A DNA stretch of 64,000 nt from Dehalococcoidia bacterium. Lineage in GTDB: Bacteria > Chloroflexota > Dehalococcoidia > Plut-88900. The stretch covers positions 2,816,001 to 2,880,000 of the forward strand of contig OZ240215.1 in assembly GCA_965197585.1 (NCBI GenBank), read 5' to 3'. The notes beneath the pieces are model-generated. The model did not search any database. It was not told the origin of the DNA and saw nothing but the letters and a program-made list of their open reading frames with translations. Shown piece after piece: positions 32,185 to 42,295 of the stretch (positions are counted from its first letter, which is position 1; each line of letters starts with the position of its first letter). A program made the position numbers and the translations under genes.

Positions 32185-35100
32185 TTGGCTTCTCCGTTCG
32201 CGCCGAAGCTGCCAGTTCTCCCGCGCCTCACGCCCGTCACCCTTGCCCTGATCGTTATCCTGGTCTTTGCCCTCGGGCTCAGGCTGTACGGCGTCAACTG
32301 GGACGACGGCTCCAGTCATTCCCTCCACCCCGACGAACGGTCCGTAGTCTGGACCGCCCAACAGCTCTCTCTCGACTCCCTCAAGTCGCCCTTAGAGCTG
32401 TTCGACGTCCAGAAGAGCAGCCTAGTGCCACGGCCTCCGGGGGCCACCTCGGGCCACGGCGTCTACGACTACGGCAGCCTGCCCTTCTACCTTCTTGGGG
32501 CGGTGGGATGGTTGGTGAACGCAGTCCCGGGCGTCGAAGACGCCAACATGTACGACCTGACGATAATCGGGCGCGTCATCTCCGCCCTCTTCGACACGGG
32601 CACCGTCTTCGTGGTCTTTCTCATAGCCCGACGCCTCTTCAACGAGCGTGCCGGACTACTCGCCGCCCTATTCACGGCCTTCGCCGTCCTCCACATACAG
32701 CTCGCCCACTTCTACACCACGGAGGCGATGCTGACCTTCTTCAGCTGCCTCTCCTTCTTATTCGTGGTGCGCCTCTCCGAAGGGGGCCGGAGGCGCGACG
32801 CAGCATTGGCCGGGGCCTTCTTTGGCCTGGCTATGGCGTCGAAGTTCAGCGCTGCGCCCATGCTGGCAGGTTTCGCCGTGGGGGTCGGGCTCCTGGCCTT
32901 GCGCAACGGTGTTCGGATCGACACCCTCATCCCCAACCCCGACGCCCTCAAACCCGCTCTCCGGAAGCTGGGCATAGCCACCGCCTTCGGGTTCCTGACC
33001 TTTGCGATTGCTCAGCCTTACGCCATTCTCGACCTGCCCTACTATGCCGCCGACGCCTATCAGCAGAGCCAGATGGTCCGCCGTGTCATAGACTTCCCCT
33101 ACACCCGCCAGTACGACGGCAGCCTGCCTTTCGCCTATCACCTGTGGCAGTTCTCGGTGTGGGGCGTCGGGTTGCCGTTGGCGGTTTTGATGTGGGCGGG
33201 CCTCGGGTTCACGGCGGTAAGGGCGGCGGTCAAGCGGACCCGCACCGACATTTTGCTATTGGCATGGTTCCTTCCCTTCTTCCTCATAACCGGCCTCGCC
33301 GAGGTAAAGTTCCTCCGATACCTGCTCCCGGTCACACCCTTCCTTGCAATCATGGCCGCCAGCCTCTCCGACAAGGGTTTGACTCGACTCCGCTCCCTCC
33401 GCCCGAGCCGCAATTATTTGTATCGGGGTGGGGTGGCGGGGCTGGGACTCGTCGTTTTCGCCACGGTCTTCTACTCGTTCGCATATGCCAATGTCTACAC
33501 GGATGCCCACCCCGCCACCCGAGCCTCGGATTATGTCAGAGAGCATATCCCTCCCGACTCCGTTCTCGCTATGGAGCACTGGGAGGAGAGCCTGCCCAAT
33601 CTCCATTCGTACCGCCGCATAACTCTCCAGCTATACGACCCTGATGACACCCCGATCCAGTACACCGACCACGAGGGTTTCACAGTCATCGGGAGCAAGG
33701 CCGAGCACCTCGCCGACACCCTCGCCAACGCCGACTACGTTATCTTTTTCAGCAACCGCCTCTACGGGAGCATCCCCACCCTCCCCGACCGATATCCTCT
33801 CAGTTCCCGTTACTATCAGCTCTTGTTTGCAGGTGACTTGGGATTCGAGGTGGACTACGTGGCCGAGGCGCGCCCCAACTTCCTGGGCGTCAGCTTTGTA
33901 CACGACACATTCTCCCGACCCGGACTTGAGGCTCCAGCGGCGCTCGGGCCAGGTCGGCTCTCCGGTCTCGTGCTCAATCTCGGGCACGCCGACGACTCCT
34001 TCACCAACTACGAACACCCAACGCCCATCATCCTAAAAAAGGTGCGGCCCCTGGAAGAGGGAGCCATCCGCACCCTATTGGAAACTCCCCTGGCCGGTGA
34101 GTCCGTACGCGCTCCCCCAATACCGGGGATCCCGGAGCGCGGCATGCTCTCGGAGGGGAGCGCGGCGCGGCAGCAGGCGGGGGGCACCTTCTCGGACCTC
34201 TTTGACCGCGGCAGCTTCGCCAACCGCTTCCCCACATTTGTCTGGTATATCGCAGTCCAGATCATCGCCCTCGCTGCGCTGCCCATCGGCCTCCTCCTCT
34301 TCGGCCGTCTCCCGGACAGGGGATATCTGCTCACGAAGGTTCTCGGCCTGCTGTTTGTGGGATACCTCGCCTGGCTGCTTGCCAGTTTGCGAATTCTGGA
34401 TTTCTCGCCGGGTGGGTTGTGGCTGATGATTCTCGTTGTAGCCGCTGTATCAGGGCTTGTCGCGTGGCGGGGCAGGGTGGGGGTGGTCGATTTCTTCCGA
34501 AAAAGATGGCGTCTAATCCTCTTCTGCGAGGTGTTGTTCCTCGTCGCCTTCCTCTCCTTCTACGGCGTCCGGGCTTGGAACCCCGACCTCTGGCACCCGT
34601 GGCGCGGCGGCGAGAAACCCATGGACTTCGCCTACCTCAATGCCGTCACCCGGTCGACAGAGATGCCCCCATACGACCCCTGGTTTGCGGGCGGTCACCT
34701 GAACTACTACTACTTCGGACAGTTCCAGATAGCCTCAATCACCAAGATAACGGGAGTACTGCCCTCCACGGCCTTCAACCTGGCCATAGCCCTGGTGTTC
34801 GCGCTTACCGTCGGCGGGGCGTTCAGTGTCGTCTACAACCTGGCCGCGAGTCGGGGGGGCGGGGGAGACCGGGCCCCACCCTCGATACCGGGCGGACCCT
34901 ATCTTGCGGGAATCACCGGAGCCGTATTCGTCGCCGTCATTGGCAACCTGGACGGGGCGGTCCAGCTGGGACAGGCCGTCTGGAGATTCACCTTCGGCGA
35001 GGGAGCGGTCGGGCAGTTCGACTTCTGGCGGAGCAGCCGCGTCATCGACACTTCAGCCCAAGGAGGTCTTGACTACTGTGGTGGCTGTGAGATCACCGAG

Positions 35101-36627
35101 TTCCCCTTCTTCAGCTTCCTCTTCGCCGACCTCCATGCCCACCTCATCGCCCTCCCCTTTGCCATCCTGGCCCTGGGCCTGGGGCTCGCGCTCCTGATGG
35201 GCGCCGAAAAGACCTGCTCAACCAAGGCTTGGGCGGCGAGAATAGGGGCCCTCGGCCTGACCGTCGGGGCCCTGTTCACGATAAACAGCTGGGACTACCC
35301 GACCTACCTGCTTTTCTCAGTGGGAGTAGTGGTACTTGCGGCGCTGATTTTCACTATGGGAAGGGTGTCGGGCCGGACCCTTGTGCTGGCGGGGACGGGG
35401 GTGGTGGGGGTATGGCTTCTCGGCATCCTGCTGTTCGTCCCCTTCCACCTGAGCTACGAGGGCTCTGTCGGCTTCCCGTTCGTAGAGCGGCACGATTTTG
35501 CTACGCCCCTATACCAGTACCTCGCCATCCACGGCATATTCCTGTTCATCAGCATCAGCTACCTGCTGTACAGACTGTGGCAGGAGTACCCGGTCAACCT
35601 GGTTAGCAAAGCTCCGACTATGCTCCTTGTACAGGCCCTCCGCTCCCGAAAAATCTGGCCCGTGGCAGGCGCTGCGATTTTGCTGGCGGTACTTGCGGGG
35701 TTCGGCTATCACACCGCCGCCTTCGCATTGCTGGTCTTGCTCATGGCTGGCCTGGTCGCAGGCAAGACGCTTGCCAAGAGGGAGGAAGGCTCGGGGCCCG
35801 AGCTTTTTGCTTTGCTCATGCTGGGTGTAGCGCTGGCCCTGGGAATAGGCGTCGAGTTCCTGAAGGTCAATCTCGTCGACCCCGGACGCATGAACACAGT
35901 CTTCAAGTTCTACTTCCACGCCTGGACGCTGATGGCGTTGGCCTCGGCCTTCTTCGCATGGCGGCTCGGGGCAATGGCGATTCCGCGTCAGCTCACGGGC
36001 CGAAGGGTCGTATGGACCGGGGCCCTGGTCATCCTCATTACCGCGGGACTGGTCTATCCCATCGCCGCCACTCCAGAGCGGTCCAAGCACCGCTTCGAGA
36101 ACTCGCCCATCACCATTGACGGCATGGCCTACATGCCCACCGCCGTCTACTACGACGACGCAGACCGCAGCGGTTCCATTGAGCCACCGGAGATCCTGGA
36201 GTTGGGTTGGGACTATCATGCCATTCTCTGGCTCCAGGACAACATTAAGGGTTCGCCGGTGGTGCTGGAGGGGAACTCGGGGCTGTACACGTGGGGGAGC
36301 CGGGTGTCGGTGTACACGGGCCTGCCGACAGTCGTGGGCTGGGACTGGCACCAACAGCAGCAGCGTTGGGAAGACCGGGACCAGGTGTCAGTGCGCCGCG
36401 CCGACGTTCACACCCTCTACTCCACCACCGATATCGAAAATGCCCGTCGCCTCATCGAAAAGTATGGGGTGCGCTACATCTATGTCGGTCAGTTGGAGCG
36501 GCTCTACTACCCGCGACCCGGCCTCGATAAGTTTGAGAGGATGGCGCAGGATGGGCTCCTCAGCCCCGTCTACCCCACCCCCGACTCCCCGAACCCGGAG
36601 GTCAGGATTTACCGGGTGCTGTTTTGA
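32185..36627 (+). CDS. PMT-like glycosyltransferase fused to a DUF2298 (YYY) membrane domain
   Basis: HPDER, YGSLP, GGEKPMDFAYLNA, PPYDPWFAGG.LNYYYFG, ITEFPFFSFLFADLHAH, TGLPTVVGW.WHQ.Q.R. Confidence 0.88.
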   Translation: MASPFAPKLPVLPRLTPVTLALIVILVFALGLRLYGVNWDDGSSHSLHPDERSVVWTAQQLSLDSLKSPLELFDVQKSSLVPRPPGATSGHGVYDYGSLPFYLLGAVGWLVNAVPGVEDANMYDLTIIGRVISALFDTGTVFVVFLIARRLFNERAGLLAALFTAFAVLHIQLAHFYTTEAMLTFFSCLSFLFVVRLSEGGRRRDAALAGAFFGLAMASKFSAAPMLAGFAVGVGLLALRNGVRIDTLIPNPDALKPALRKLGIATAFGFLTFAIAQPYAILDLPYYAADAYQQSQMVRRVIDFPYTRQYDGSLPFAYHLWQFSVWGVGLPLAVLMWAGLGFTAVRAAVKRTRTDILLLAWFLPFFLITGLAEVKFLRYLLPVTPFLAIMAASLSDKGLTRLRSLRPSRNYLYRGGVAGLGLVVFATVFYSFAYANVYTDAHPATRASDYVREHIPPDSVLAMEHWEESLPNLHSYRRITLQLYDPDDTPIQYTDHEGFTVIGSKAEHLADTLANADYVIFFSNRLYGSIPTLPDRYPLSSRYYQLLFAGDLGFEVDYVAEARPNFLGVSFVHDTFSRPGLEAPAALGPGRLSGLVLNLGHADDSFTNYEHPTPIILKKVRPLEEGAIRTLLETPLAGESVRAPPIPGIPERGMLSEGSAARQQAGGTFSDLFDRGSFANRFPTFVWYIAVQIIALAALPIGLLLFGRLPDRGYLLTKVLGLLFVGYLAWLLASLRILDFSPGGLWLMILVVAAVSGLVAWRGRVGVVDFFRKRWRLILFCEVLFLVAFLSFYGVRAWNPDLWHPWRGGEKPMDFAYLNAVTRSTEMPPYDPWFAGGHLNYYYFGQFQIASITKITGVLPSTAFNLAIALVFALTVGGAFSVVYNLAASRGGGGDRAPPSIPGGPYLAGITGAVFVAVIGNLDGAVQLGQAVWRFTFGEGAVGQFDFWRSSRVIDTSAQGGLDYCGGCEITEFPFFSFLFADLHAHLIALPFAILALGLGLALLMGAEKTCSTKAWAARIGALGLTVGALFTINSWDYPTYLLFSVGVVVLAALIFTMGRVSGRTLVLAGTGVVGVWLLGILLFVPFHLSYEGSVGFPFVERHDFATPLYQYLAIHGIFLFISISYLLYRLWQEYPVNLVSKAPTMLLVQALRSRKIWPVAGAAILLAVLAGFGYHTAAFALLVLLMAGLVAGKTLAKREEGSGPELFALLMLGVALALGIGVEFLKVNLVDPGRMNTVFKFYFHAWTLMALASAFFAWRLGAMAIPRQLTGRRVVWTGALVILITAGLVYPIAATPERSKHRFENSPITIDGMAYMPTAVYYDDADRSGSIEPPEILELGWDYHAILWLQDNIKGSPVVLEGNSGLYTWGSRVSVYTGLPTVVGWDWHQQQQRWEDRDQVSVRRADVHTLYSTTDIENARRLIEKYGVRYIYVGQLERLYYPRPGLDKFERMAQDGLLSPVYPTPDSPNPEVRIYRVLF

Positions 36628-36636
36628 GCCTCGCCT

Positions 36637-37422
36637 TCAGCCCCGACCCCCAGCCAGGATTTCGGCGATGGTCATTCCGCCGTCCAGAACTAGGTTGGAG
36701 CCAGTGACGAAGGCCGACTCGTCGGAGGCGAGGTAGAGGGCAGCGTAGGCGCAGTCGTCGGGGGTCCCCATCCTGGGGTAGGGTTGGCGAGTCTCGAAGT
36801 CTTCGACTATCTCGGGGCGGGTCCAGTGGTCTTCATCTCTGTCGAGCCCGACAAAACCAATGTCGCCGGGGGAGATGCAGTTGACTCGGACCTTCTGTCG
36901 CGCATAGTCGAGGGCCGCCTTCTTGGTAAGTCCGATGATGGCCGCCTTGGAAGCGACATACGAGCCGGCGCACCGGTGGCTGGCCGTGATTCCCCACATG
37001 GAGGAGTTGCTCACTATGGAGCCGCCACCAGACTTGATCATCTCGGGGACGGCGTACTTTATGCCCAGAAAGACGCTTTTGAGATTGACGGTCATGCAGC
37101 GGTCCCAGCTCTCCTCCGACTCGTCGGCGGTGAGGCCCGTGGTCCCGATGCCCGCGTTGTTGAACAGCACGTCCAGCTTGCCGTAGGCGGAGACCGTCTC
37201 CTCGACCAGGCGCTGGACGTCTGCGGTCACTGAAACATCAGCCTTCACGAACATTGCCTCGCCGCCGGCAGTCCGAATGCCTTCGGCGACCTTCTCGCCC
37301 GCATCCACCGTTCTGCCGGAGACCACCACCTTGGCCCCTTCCCTGGCAAATAGCTCCGCCGAGCCCTTCCCTATGCCCGCAGTGGACCCGGTAACTATGG
37401 CGACTTTTCCCGCAAGCCTCAT
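36637..37422 (-). CDS. SDR family oxidoreductase
   Basis: TGSTAGIG, NNAG, YVASK, VNCISPG. Confidence 0.93.
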   Translation of the reverse strand: MRLAGKVAIVTGSTAGIGKGSAELFAREGAKVVVSGRTVDAGEKVAEGIRTAGGEAMFVKADVSVTADVQRLVEETVSAYGKLDVLFNNAGIGTTGLTADESEESWDRCMTVNLKSVFLGIKYAVPEMIKSGGGSIVSNSSMWGITASHRCAGSYVASKAAIIGLTKKAALDYARQKVRVNCISPGDIGFVGLDRDEDHWTRPEIVEDFETRQPYPRMGTPDDCAYAALYLASDESAFVTGSNLVLDGGMTIAEILAGGRG

Positions 37423-37447
37423 GTGCTTCTCCTGGTCAGAAGGACCT

Positions 37448-37756
37448 CTAACGATTCAGTATCACTCTCCGGTCATAGTATTCAGGACAACAGACCACAC
37501 AGTCCTTACACGTAGGCTCATCGGATACTGTATGGCAGGGACATTCCTGGCAGATCCTCCGGGGAGTCCCGCCAGTTCCTACCGCTTTCCTTGTTCTCCC
37601 CTTAAGCCATTGCACCACAACCGCAAGGAGCACACCAAAGAAAACCACATCCCCCGCCACCGCGATCCAGATCGCGCCAGTCACCCGAGCTATCACACCC
37701 GTAGCGGCACTCACTATGAAGGCCAACAGTATGAATATGCACGGATGGGTCTTCAT
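37448..37756 (-). CDS. hypothetical membrane protein
   Basis: Two hydrophobic helices followed by a Cys-rich tail; inserted between SDR paralogues. Confidence 0.4.
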   Translation of the reverse strand: MKTHPCIFILLAFIVSAATGVIARVTGAIWIAVAGDVVFFGVLLAVVVQWLKGRTRKAVGTGGTPRRICQECPCHTVSDEPTCKDCVVCCPEYYDRRVILNR

Positions 37757-37843
37757 CTAACGCATATCGTCTCTAATCCCTCGCCTGCAGGCTACTAAAC
37801 CTCTCAGGAAAACTACGCACTATCATCACACCGAAGTGTTTGG

Positions 37844-38626
37844 CTAGACGACATCCCGATAGGCCGCCGCTTGCCCGCCGTCGATAATCAAAGTGGCGCC
37901 GGTTACGAAGGCCGACTCATCGGATGCGAAGTAGAGAGCAGCATAGGCCACGTCCATCGGGTGGCCCATGCGATGCATGGGCTGCAATCCCACACGGGTC
38001 TCTATGGTGTCGGGATCGGAGAGCTTGTCCCACGGGATGTCGACCATCTCGGTGGCGATGGGGCCGGGGTTGACTGCGTTGACGCGGATGTTGTCACCGG
38101 CGTAGACCACTGCGGCCTTCTTGGTGAGGGCCGTTACGCCTCCCTTGGAAGCGTGGTAGGAAGTGGTGGAAGCGGCGCCCGCCTGGCTGTCATTGACTGA
38201 TGAGTTGTTGATGATGGACCCGCCGCCGGCTTTCCGCATCTCCGGGACAGCGTACTTTATGCCGAGAAACGTGCCCTTGAGATTGACGGCTATGACGTGG
38301 TCCCAGGCTTCCTCAGGCTCTTCATCGGCTTGGCCGTAGCCGGAGTAGTCGATGCCCGCGTTGTTGAACAGCACGTCGAGCTTGCCGTAGCTGCTCACCG
38401 CCGTATCCACGACCTTCTTCACGTCCTCAGCCTTGGCCACGTCGGCCGTGACAAATGTGGCATCCCCGCCCCGACCCTTGATGACCTCGACTATCTCCTG
38501 GCCGAGTGGCTCACGCCGCCCGCATAGGACAACTTTGGCGCCCTCCTGTGCGAAGAGCTCAGCCGCTGCCCTGCCCATGCCCGCCGTGGCCCCGGTCACG
38601 ATCGCTACTTTTCCCTCAAGCCTCAT
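37844..38626 (-). CDS. SDR family oxidoreductase
   Basis: TGATAGMG, NNAG, YHASK. Confidence 0.93.
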   Translation of the reverse strand: MRLEGKVAIVTGATAGMGRAAAELFAQEGAKVVLCGRREPLGQEIVEVIKGRGGDATFVTADVAKAEDVKKVVDTAVSSYGKLDVLFNNAGIDYSGYGQADEEPEEAWDHVIAVNLKGTFLGIKYAVPEMRKAGGGSIINNSSVNDSQAGAASTTSYHASKGGVTALTKKAAVVYAGDNIRVNAVNPGPIATEMVDIPWDKLSDPDTIETRVGLQPMHRMGHPMDVAYAALYFASDESAFVTGATLIIDGGQAAAYRDVV

Positions 38627-38668
38627 GTATTTCTCCTGGTGATGATATTCGATACGAAAGAAGGGACT

Positions 38669-39451
38669 CTACACGGCATCCCGGTATGTCGCCGACTGTC
38701 CTCCGTCGATGAGGAGGTTGGCCCCTGTCACGAAGGCCGATTCGTCGGAGGCGAAGTAGAGGGCGGCGTAGGCGACGTCCATGGGGTGGCCCATCCGGCG
38801 GAGGGGCTGCTTGGTCTTGCGCTCGGAAATGATATCGGGGTTGGATAGCATGTCCCATGTGATGTCGACCATCTCGGTGGCGATGGGGCCGGGGTTGACG
38901 GCGTTGACCCGGATGTTATCGGCGGCGTGCATAACGGCGGCCTTCCTGGTCAGGGCCGTGACGCCACCCTTGGAGGCGTGGTAGGAGGACATGGACACCA
39001 TATCCGCCTGGACATCATTGACCGAGGAGTTGTTGATGATCGAGCCGCCGCCCACCTTGCGCATCTCCGGGACGGCGTATTTTATGCCGAGGAACGTGCC
39101 CTTGAGGTTGACGCCTATGATGCGGTCCCAGATCTCCTCGGGCTCCTTGTCGGGGTCGCCGGAAGCGTGCTCGTTGATGCCGGCGTTGTTGAACAGGACG
39201 TCGAGTCTCCCGTAGCTGTTAACTGCCGTGTCGACGACCCTTTTCACATCCTCGGCCTTCGCCACGTCAGCCGCGACGAAAGTCGCTTCGCCGCCTCGGC
39301 CCTTGATCACGTCGACTATCTCGTCTCCCAGCTGCTGACGCCTGCCGCAAAGGACCACGCTGGCCCCCTCCTGCGCAAATAGCTCAGCCGCCGCCCTGCC
39401 CATCCCCGCCGTGGCCCCTGTCACGATCGCGACTTTATCTTTAAGCCTCAC
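38669..39451 (-). CDS. SDR family oxidoreductase (close paralogue of 37844-38626)
   Basis: TGATAGMG, NNAG, YHASK; long identical stretches with its neighbour. Confidence 0.93.
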   Translation of the reverse strand: MRLKDKVAIVTGATAGMGRAAAELFAQEGASVVLCGRRQQLGDEIVDVIKGRGGEATFVAADVAKAEDVKRVVDTAVNSYGRLDVLFNNAGINEHASGDPDKEPEEIWDRIIGVNLKGTFLGIKYAVPEMRKVGGGSIINNSSVNDVQADMVSMSSYHASKGGVTALTRKAAVMHAADNIRVNAVNPGPIATEMVDITWDMLSNPDIISERKTKQPLRRMGHPMDVAYAALYFASDESAFVTGANLLIDGGQSATYRDAV

Positions 39452-39492
39452 TTGTGCCTCCGGAATGAAAGGTGGAATGTTGGGTCAGGAGC

Positions 39493-42295
39493 GGGGGTCA
39501 TTGTAGCATGGGGTGTCGGGGCTCAGGCCGGGGGGGGTGGAAACTACGGACCGGAGGGAAGGGTCTCTCTAACGCCCCGGTGGGAAGTCGGTAGGCAACC
39601 ACACCAACAGGTCAGCTATTGAGTCCCGCGCTGCCTGCGACGTCGGCACCCCCCACGCCTCAAAGAATGGGCCGAGGTTCCTGCCCACTTGTCGGGAGAA
39701 GCGCACCAGCCACTGGTCGCGTTTCTCGTCGTCGCTTTTGGGACGCTCAGCGTCCGGCAGGGCGCGGTACGTCGCGAACACCTCCCGGTAGGCGTCCCAG
39801 CCGAATTCCTGCTGCATCTGCGCGTACATGATCAGTGCCAGGAACTCCTCGCGCTTCCACAGCTCGAAGTCCGGATCATCGAAGTCATAAAGCGCCATCA
39901 GCTCGGACCAAGACTGGTGGGAGCCGTGAAAGCGCTTATCGTCCACTGGGATTCCGCACAGAAACTCGTAGACGTAGAGGGTGAACAAATTGACGTTCAC
40001 CTCAACCGTGCCATCAAAGGTCCAGTCGTCCGCTTGGTAATTGTGGCCCACCTCGTGATAGAAGCCCCAGTTGCACTCCGAGCTCAGGTGCTCTGAATTC
40101 ACCAGATTGGCCTGTTGGTCCAGGTGGGCCATGATGGGATAGCCGGCATGCATGTACCCCACTGAGATTTGTCTGTCGACGACGAACCGCTCCGGGCTTG
40201 AGCGGGCGGGCGAGGGCCAGGCGGCCAGTTCCGCGCTCAGGTCGAGCACGCGGTCCCAAGCCTCAGCTACGGCGGTCGGGTCATCTAGGTCGCGTACTTC
40301 GCGAGCGTCCGTAGTGACTATCATGTTCCGCCCGGCGATCTCCGCCCAAGGAGCGGGCGCATGGCGGATCTCGTCGCGCCAGGCGTTCAGGTCCGTCTCG
40401 CCTAGAACGAACAAAGGCGCCGCCACAGCACCCCGAATCTCTATTGTGACACTCCCGATGTCAGCGGCTTCGGGGACATCGACGTATATCAGGCCTCCGA
40501 AGGCATTCGCGACTAGGGTCGTGCTTGCGGATATGGGGAAGTAGCGACTGATTTCGGGCATGCGCGTCCACTCGGACCGCCGCCATATGCGGTCGCTGTG
40601 TGCGCCCACGCGCACGCCGAAGCCGACGGCTTTGGCTACCTCGGCGGGTACCGTGACCGTGACCAGTTCGCCCGGTGCGGCATATAGACCAGTGGAGTGC
40701 CAACGAGGTATTGAGGTGTCGATGGTGAGGCTACGCGTAATGCGTGGAGCATCGGCGGGGACGGGTCCGGGGAAGTCCTCAGAAGCTGGATGTGGGCGCA
40801 CGGAGTCTGGCGGAGTGTAGCGGTGTTCAAGTACGAAGAGCACGGAGGCCAGTTGGGTTACCACATCGGCCTTGCCCACCGGTTGCCCGGCAGAGGGCCA
40901 GCGGCGGTTCGGTTCGTTGACATCGACCAGGGCGATTTGGGCGGGGTCAAGCAGTGCATCAATCAGGTCAGGGTTGGTCTTACCCACCTCGAGTAGGATG
41001 GCGACAATTTTTGTCCAATCGTCGGTGATGCCGTTGGTCAGGGTCGGGTGGGAGAGGACACGTTGGTACTCGGCTTGTCTAAACGACATCATATACGCAA
41101 GAGACTCGAGTGCAGATACGTCTGGAGGTTCAAGAGTTTCGAGGAACGGCATGGACACTATGCGCGATGCTTCACCCGCGTTTTTACGCGAAAGATAGGA
41201 AATTTCTTTAATTGCCCGTATCTCTTGCCTGCCCACGCCGTCCAGTACCCATGGGAGGGCGATGACTGAGGCCGCAACCTTAGAGTCGTCTAAGTTGATG
41301 TAGTGCATCTGTTGAAGTGCTTCAAACTCAATCGTCTCAATGCCATTCTGTACCCAGGGTAGGGCGATGACTGAGGCCACAACCTTAGAGTCGGCCAAGT
41401 TGATGTAGCGCATCAGTTGAAGTGCTTCAAACTCAATCGTCTCAATGCCGTCCTGGACCCAAGGAAGAGCCACGACTGACGCTCCAACGGCTGAAGGGTC
41501 TTGGGCGATATAGGAAAGCTCTTCTATAGTTTTGACTTCCAGCTCTTCAATCCCGTCCCGCACCCACGCAAGCTCGGTGACTGACAAGGCAACATCGGCA
41601 TCACCAGAGCTGTCAACCCAATTGATGGCCTCGGCTTCCTGCTTATCAACGCCATCCTGCACCCAGGCCATCTGGATGATGTTTGACACTGCAGGTTGAC
41701 TCAAGACCGCAAGGTAAAGAAGCTCCTGTAGGACCTTGGATTCCGCGTTGTCTATCCCGTCTGAAACCCAGGGCAGCGATTTGATGTCCGATCCCAGAGC
41801 CGGATAGTTCTGCTCCAGCCAACGGGCGTTCCCGAGCCTGTTCCAGGCTTGATAGTAGGCCGGTACGGGCGTTGGCGTAGGTCTCGGCGTTGAGGTAGGT
41901 GTGGATGTCAGGATGGGAGTCGGTTCAGGAATGGATGTGGGGCTTGGCGCGGATACAGACGTCGAGGCTGGTATGGGCGTGGGGGTCGGCTCAGGGACGA
42001 CCAAGGTAGGGGTGGAGGATGAGGGTGTCGGCGTGGAGGCCTGGCTGCTACAGGCCGCGAGAGCAGCTATGACCGCAGCCACCGCAATCAGCAGTGTAAA
42101 CGCTAGCCGGGGACGAGCTTTCATGTGAATCATTCAGCTGCCAGTGCCGTTAGGGCTTCCTCCACACGATAATTGCTTATCCCACTCTCCAGCGCCCAGT
42201 TCAGGCTGACATTGGTTCCCCAAACCACCTTCGCTGCGGCTTTATCTGGGGCAGTGGAGGGGGTCATTGTAGCACGGGGTGTCGGGGCTCAGGCC
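39493..42295. repeat. 37-bp direct repeat (39493-39529 / 42259-42295) flanking the M60 peptidase gene
   Basis: gggggtcattgtagca(t/c)ggggtgtcggggctcaggcc, 36/37 identical; on the minus strand contains the MFS stop and an extended -10 TGCTACAAT. Confidence 0.9.
39569..42133 (-). CDS. M60-family metallopeptidase lipoprotein with N-terminal repeats
   Basis: Lipobox LAAC, PT linker, LPWVQDG repeats, WHSTGLYAAPGE, GYMHAGYP, FYHEVGHN..EVNVN. Confidence 0.88.
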   Translation of the reverse strand: MIHMKARPRLAFTLLIAVAAVIAALAACSSQASTPTPSSSTPTLVVPEPTPTPIPASTSVSAPSPTSIPEPTPILTSTPTSTPRPTPTPVPAYYQAWNRLGNARWLEQNYPALGSDIKSLPWVSDGIDNAESKVLQELLYLAVLSQPAVSNIIQMAWVQDGVDKQEAEAINWVDSSGDADVALSVTELAWVRDGIEELEVKTIEELSYIAQDPSAVGASVVALPWVQDGIETIEFEALQLMRYINLADSKVVASVIALPWVQNGIETIEFEALQQMHYINLDDSKVAASVIALPWVLDGVGRQEIRAIKEISYLSRKNAGEASRIVSMPFLETLEPPDVSALESLAYMMSFRQAEYQRVLSHPTLTNGITDDWTKIVAILLEVGKTNPDLIDALLDPAQIALVDVNEPNRRWPSAGQPVGKADVVTQLASVLFVLEHRYTPPDSVRPHPASEDFPGPVPADAPRITRSLTIDTSIPRWHSTGLYAAPGELVTVTVPAEVAKAVGFGVRVGAHSDRIWRRSEWTRMPEISRYFPISASTTLVANAFGGLIYVDVPEAADIGSVTIEIRGAVAAPLFVLGETDLNAWRDEIRHAPAPWAEIAGRNMIVTTDAREVRDLDDPTAVAEAWDRVLDLSAELAAWPSPARSSPERFVVDRQISVGYMHAGYPIMAHLDQQANLVNSEHLSSECNWGFYHEVGHNYQADDWTFDGTVEVNVNLFTLYVYEFLCGIPVDDKRFHGSHQSWSELMALYDFDDPDFELWKREEFLALIMYAQMQQEFGWDAYREVFATYRALPDAERPKSDDEKRDQWLVRFSRQVGRNLGPFFEAWGVPTSQAARDSIADLLVWLPTDFPPGR

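Noticed and set aside
32508-33644. 378-aa alternative-frame ORF
   Set aside because: Arg/Pro-rich shadow within the DUF2298 gene
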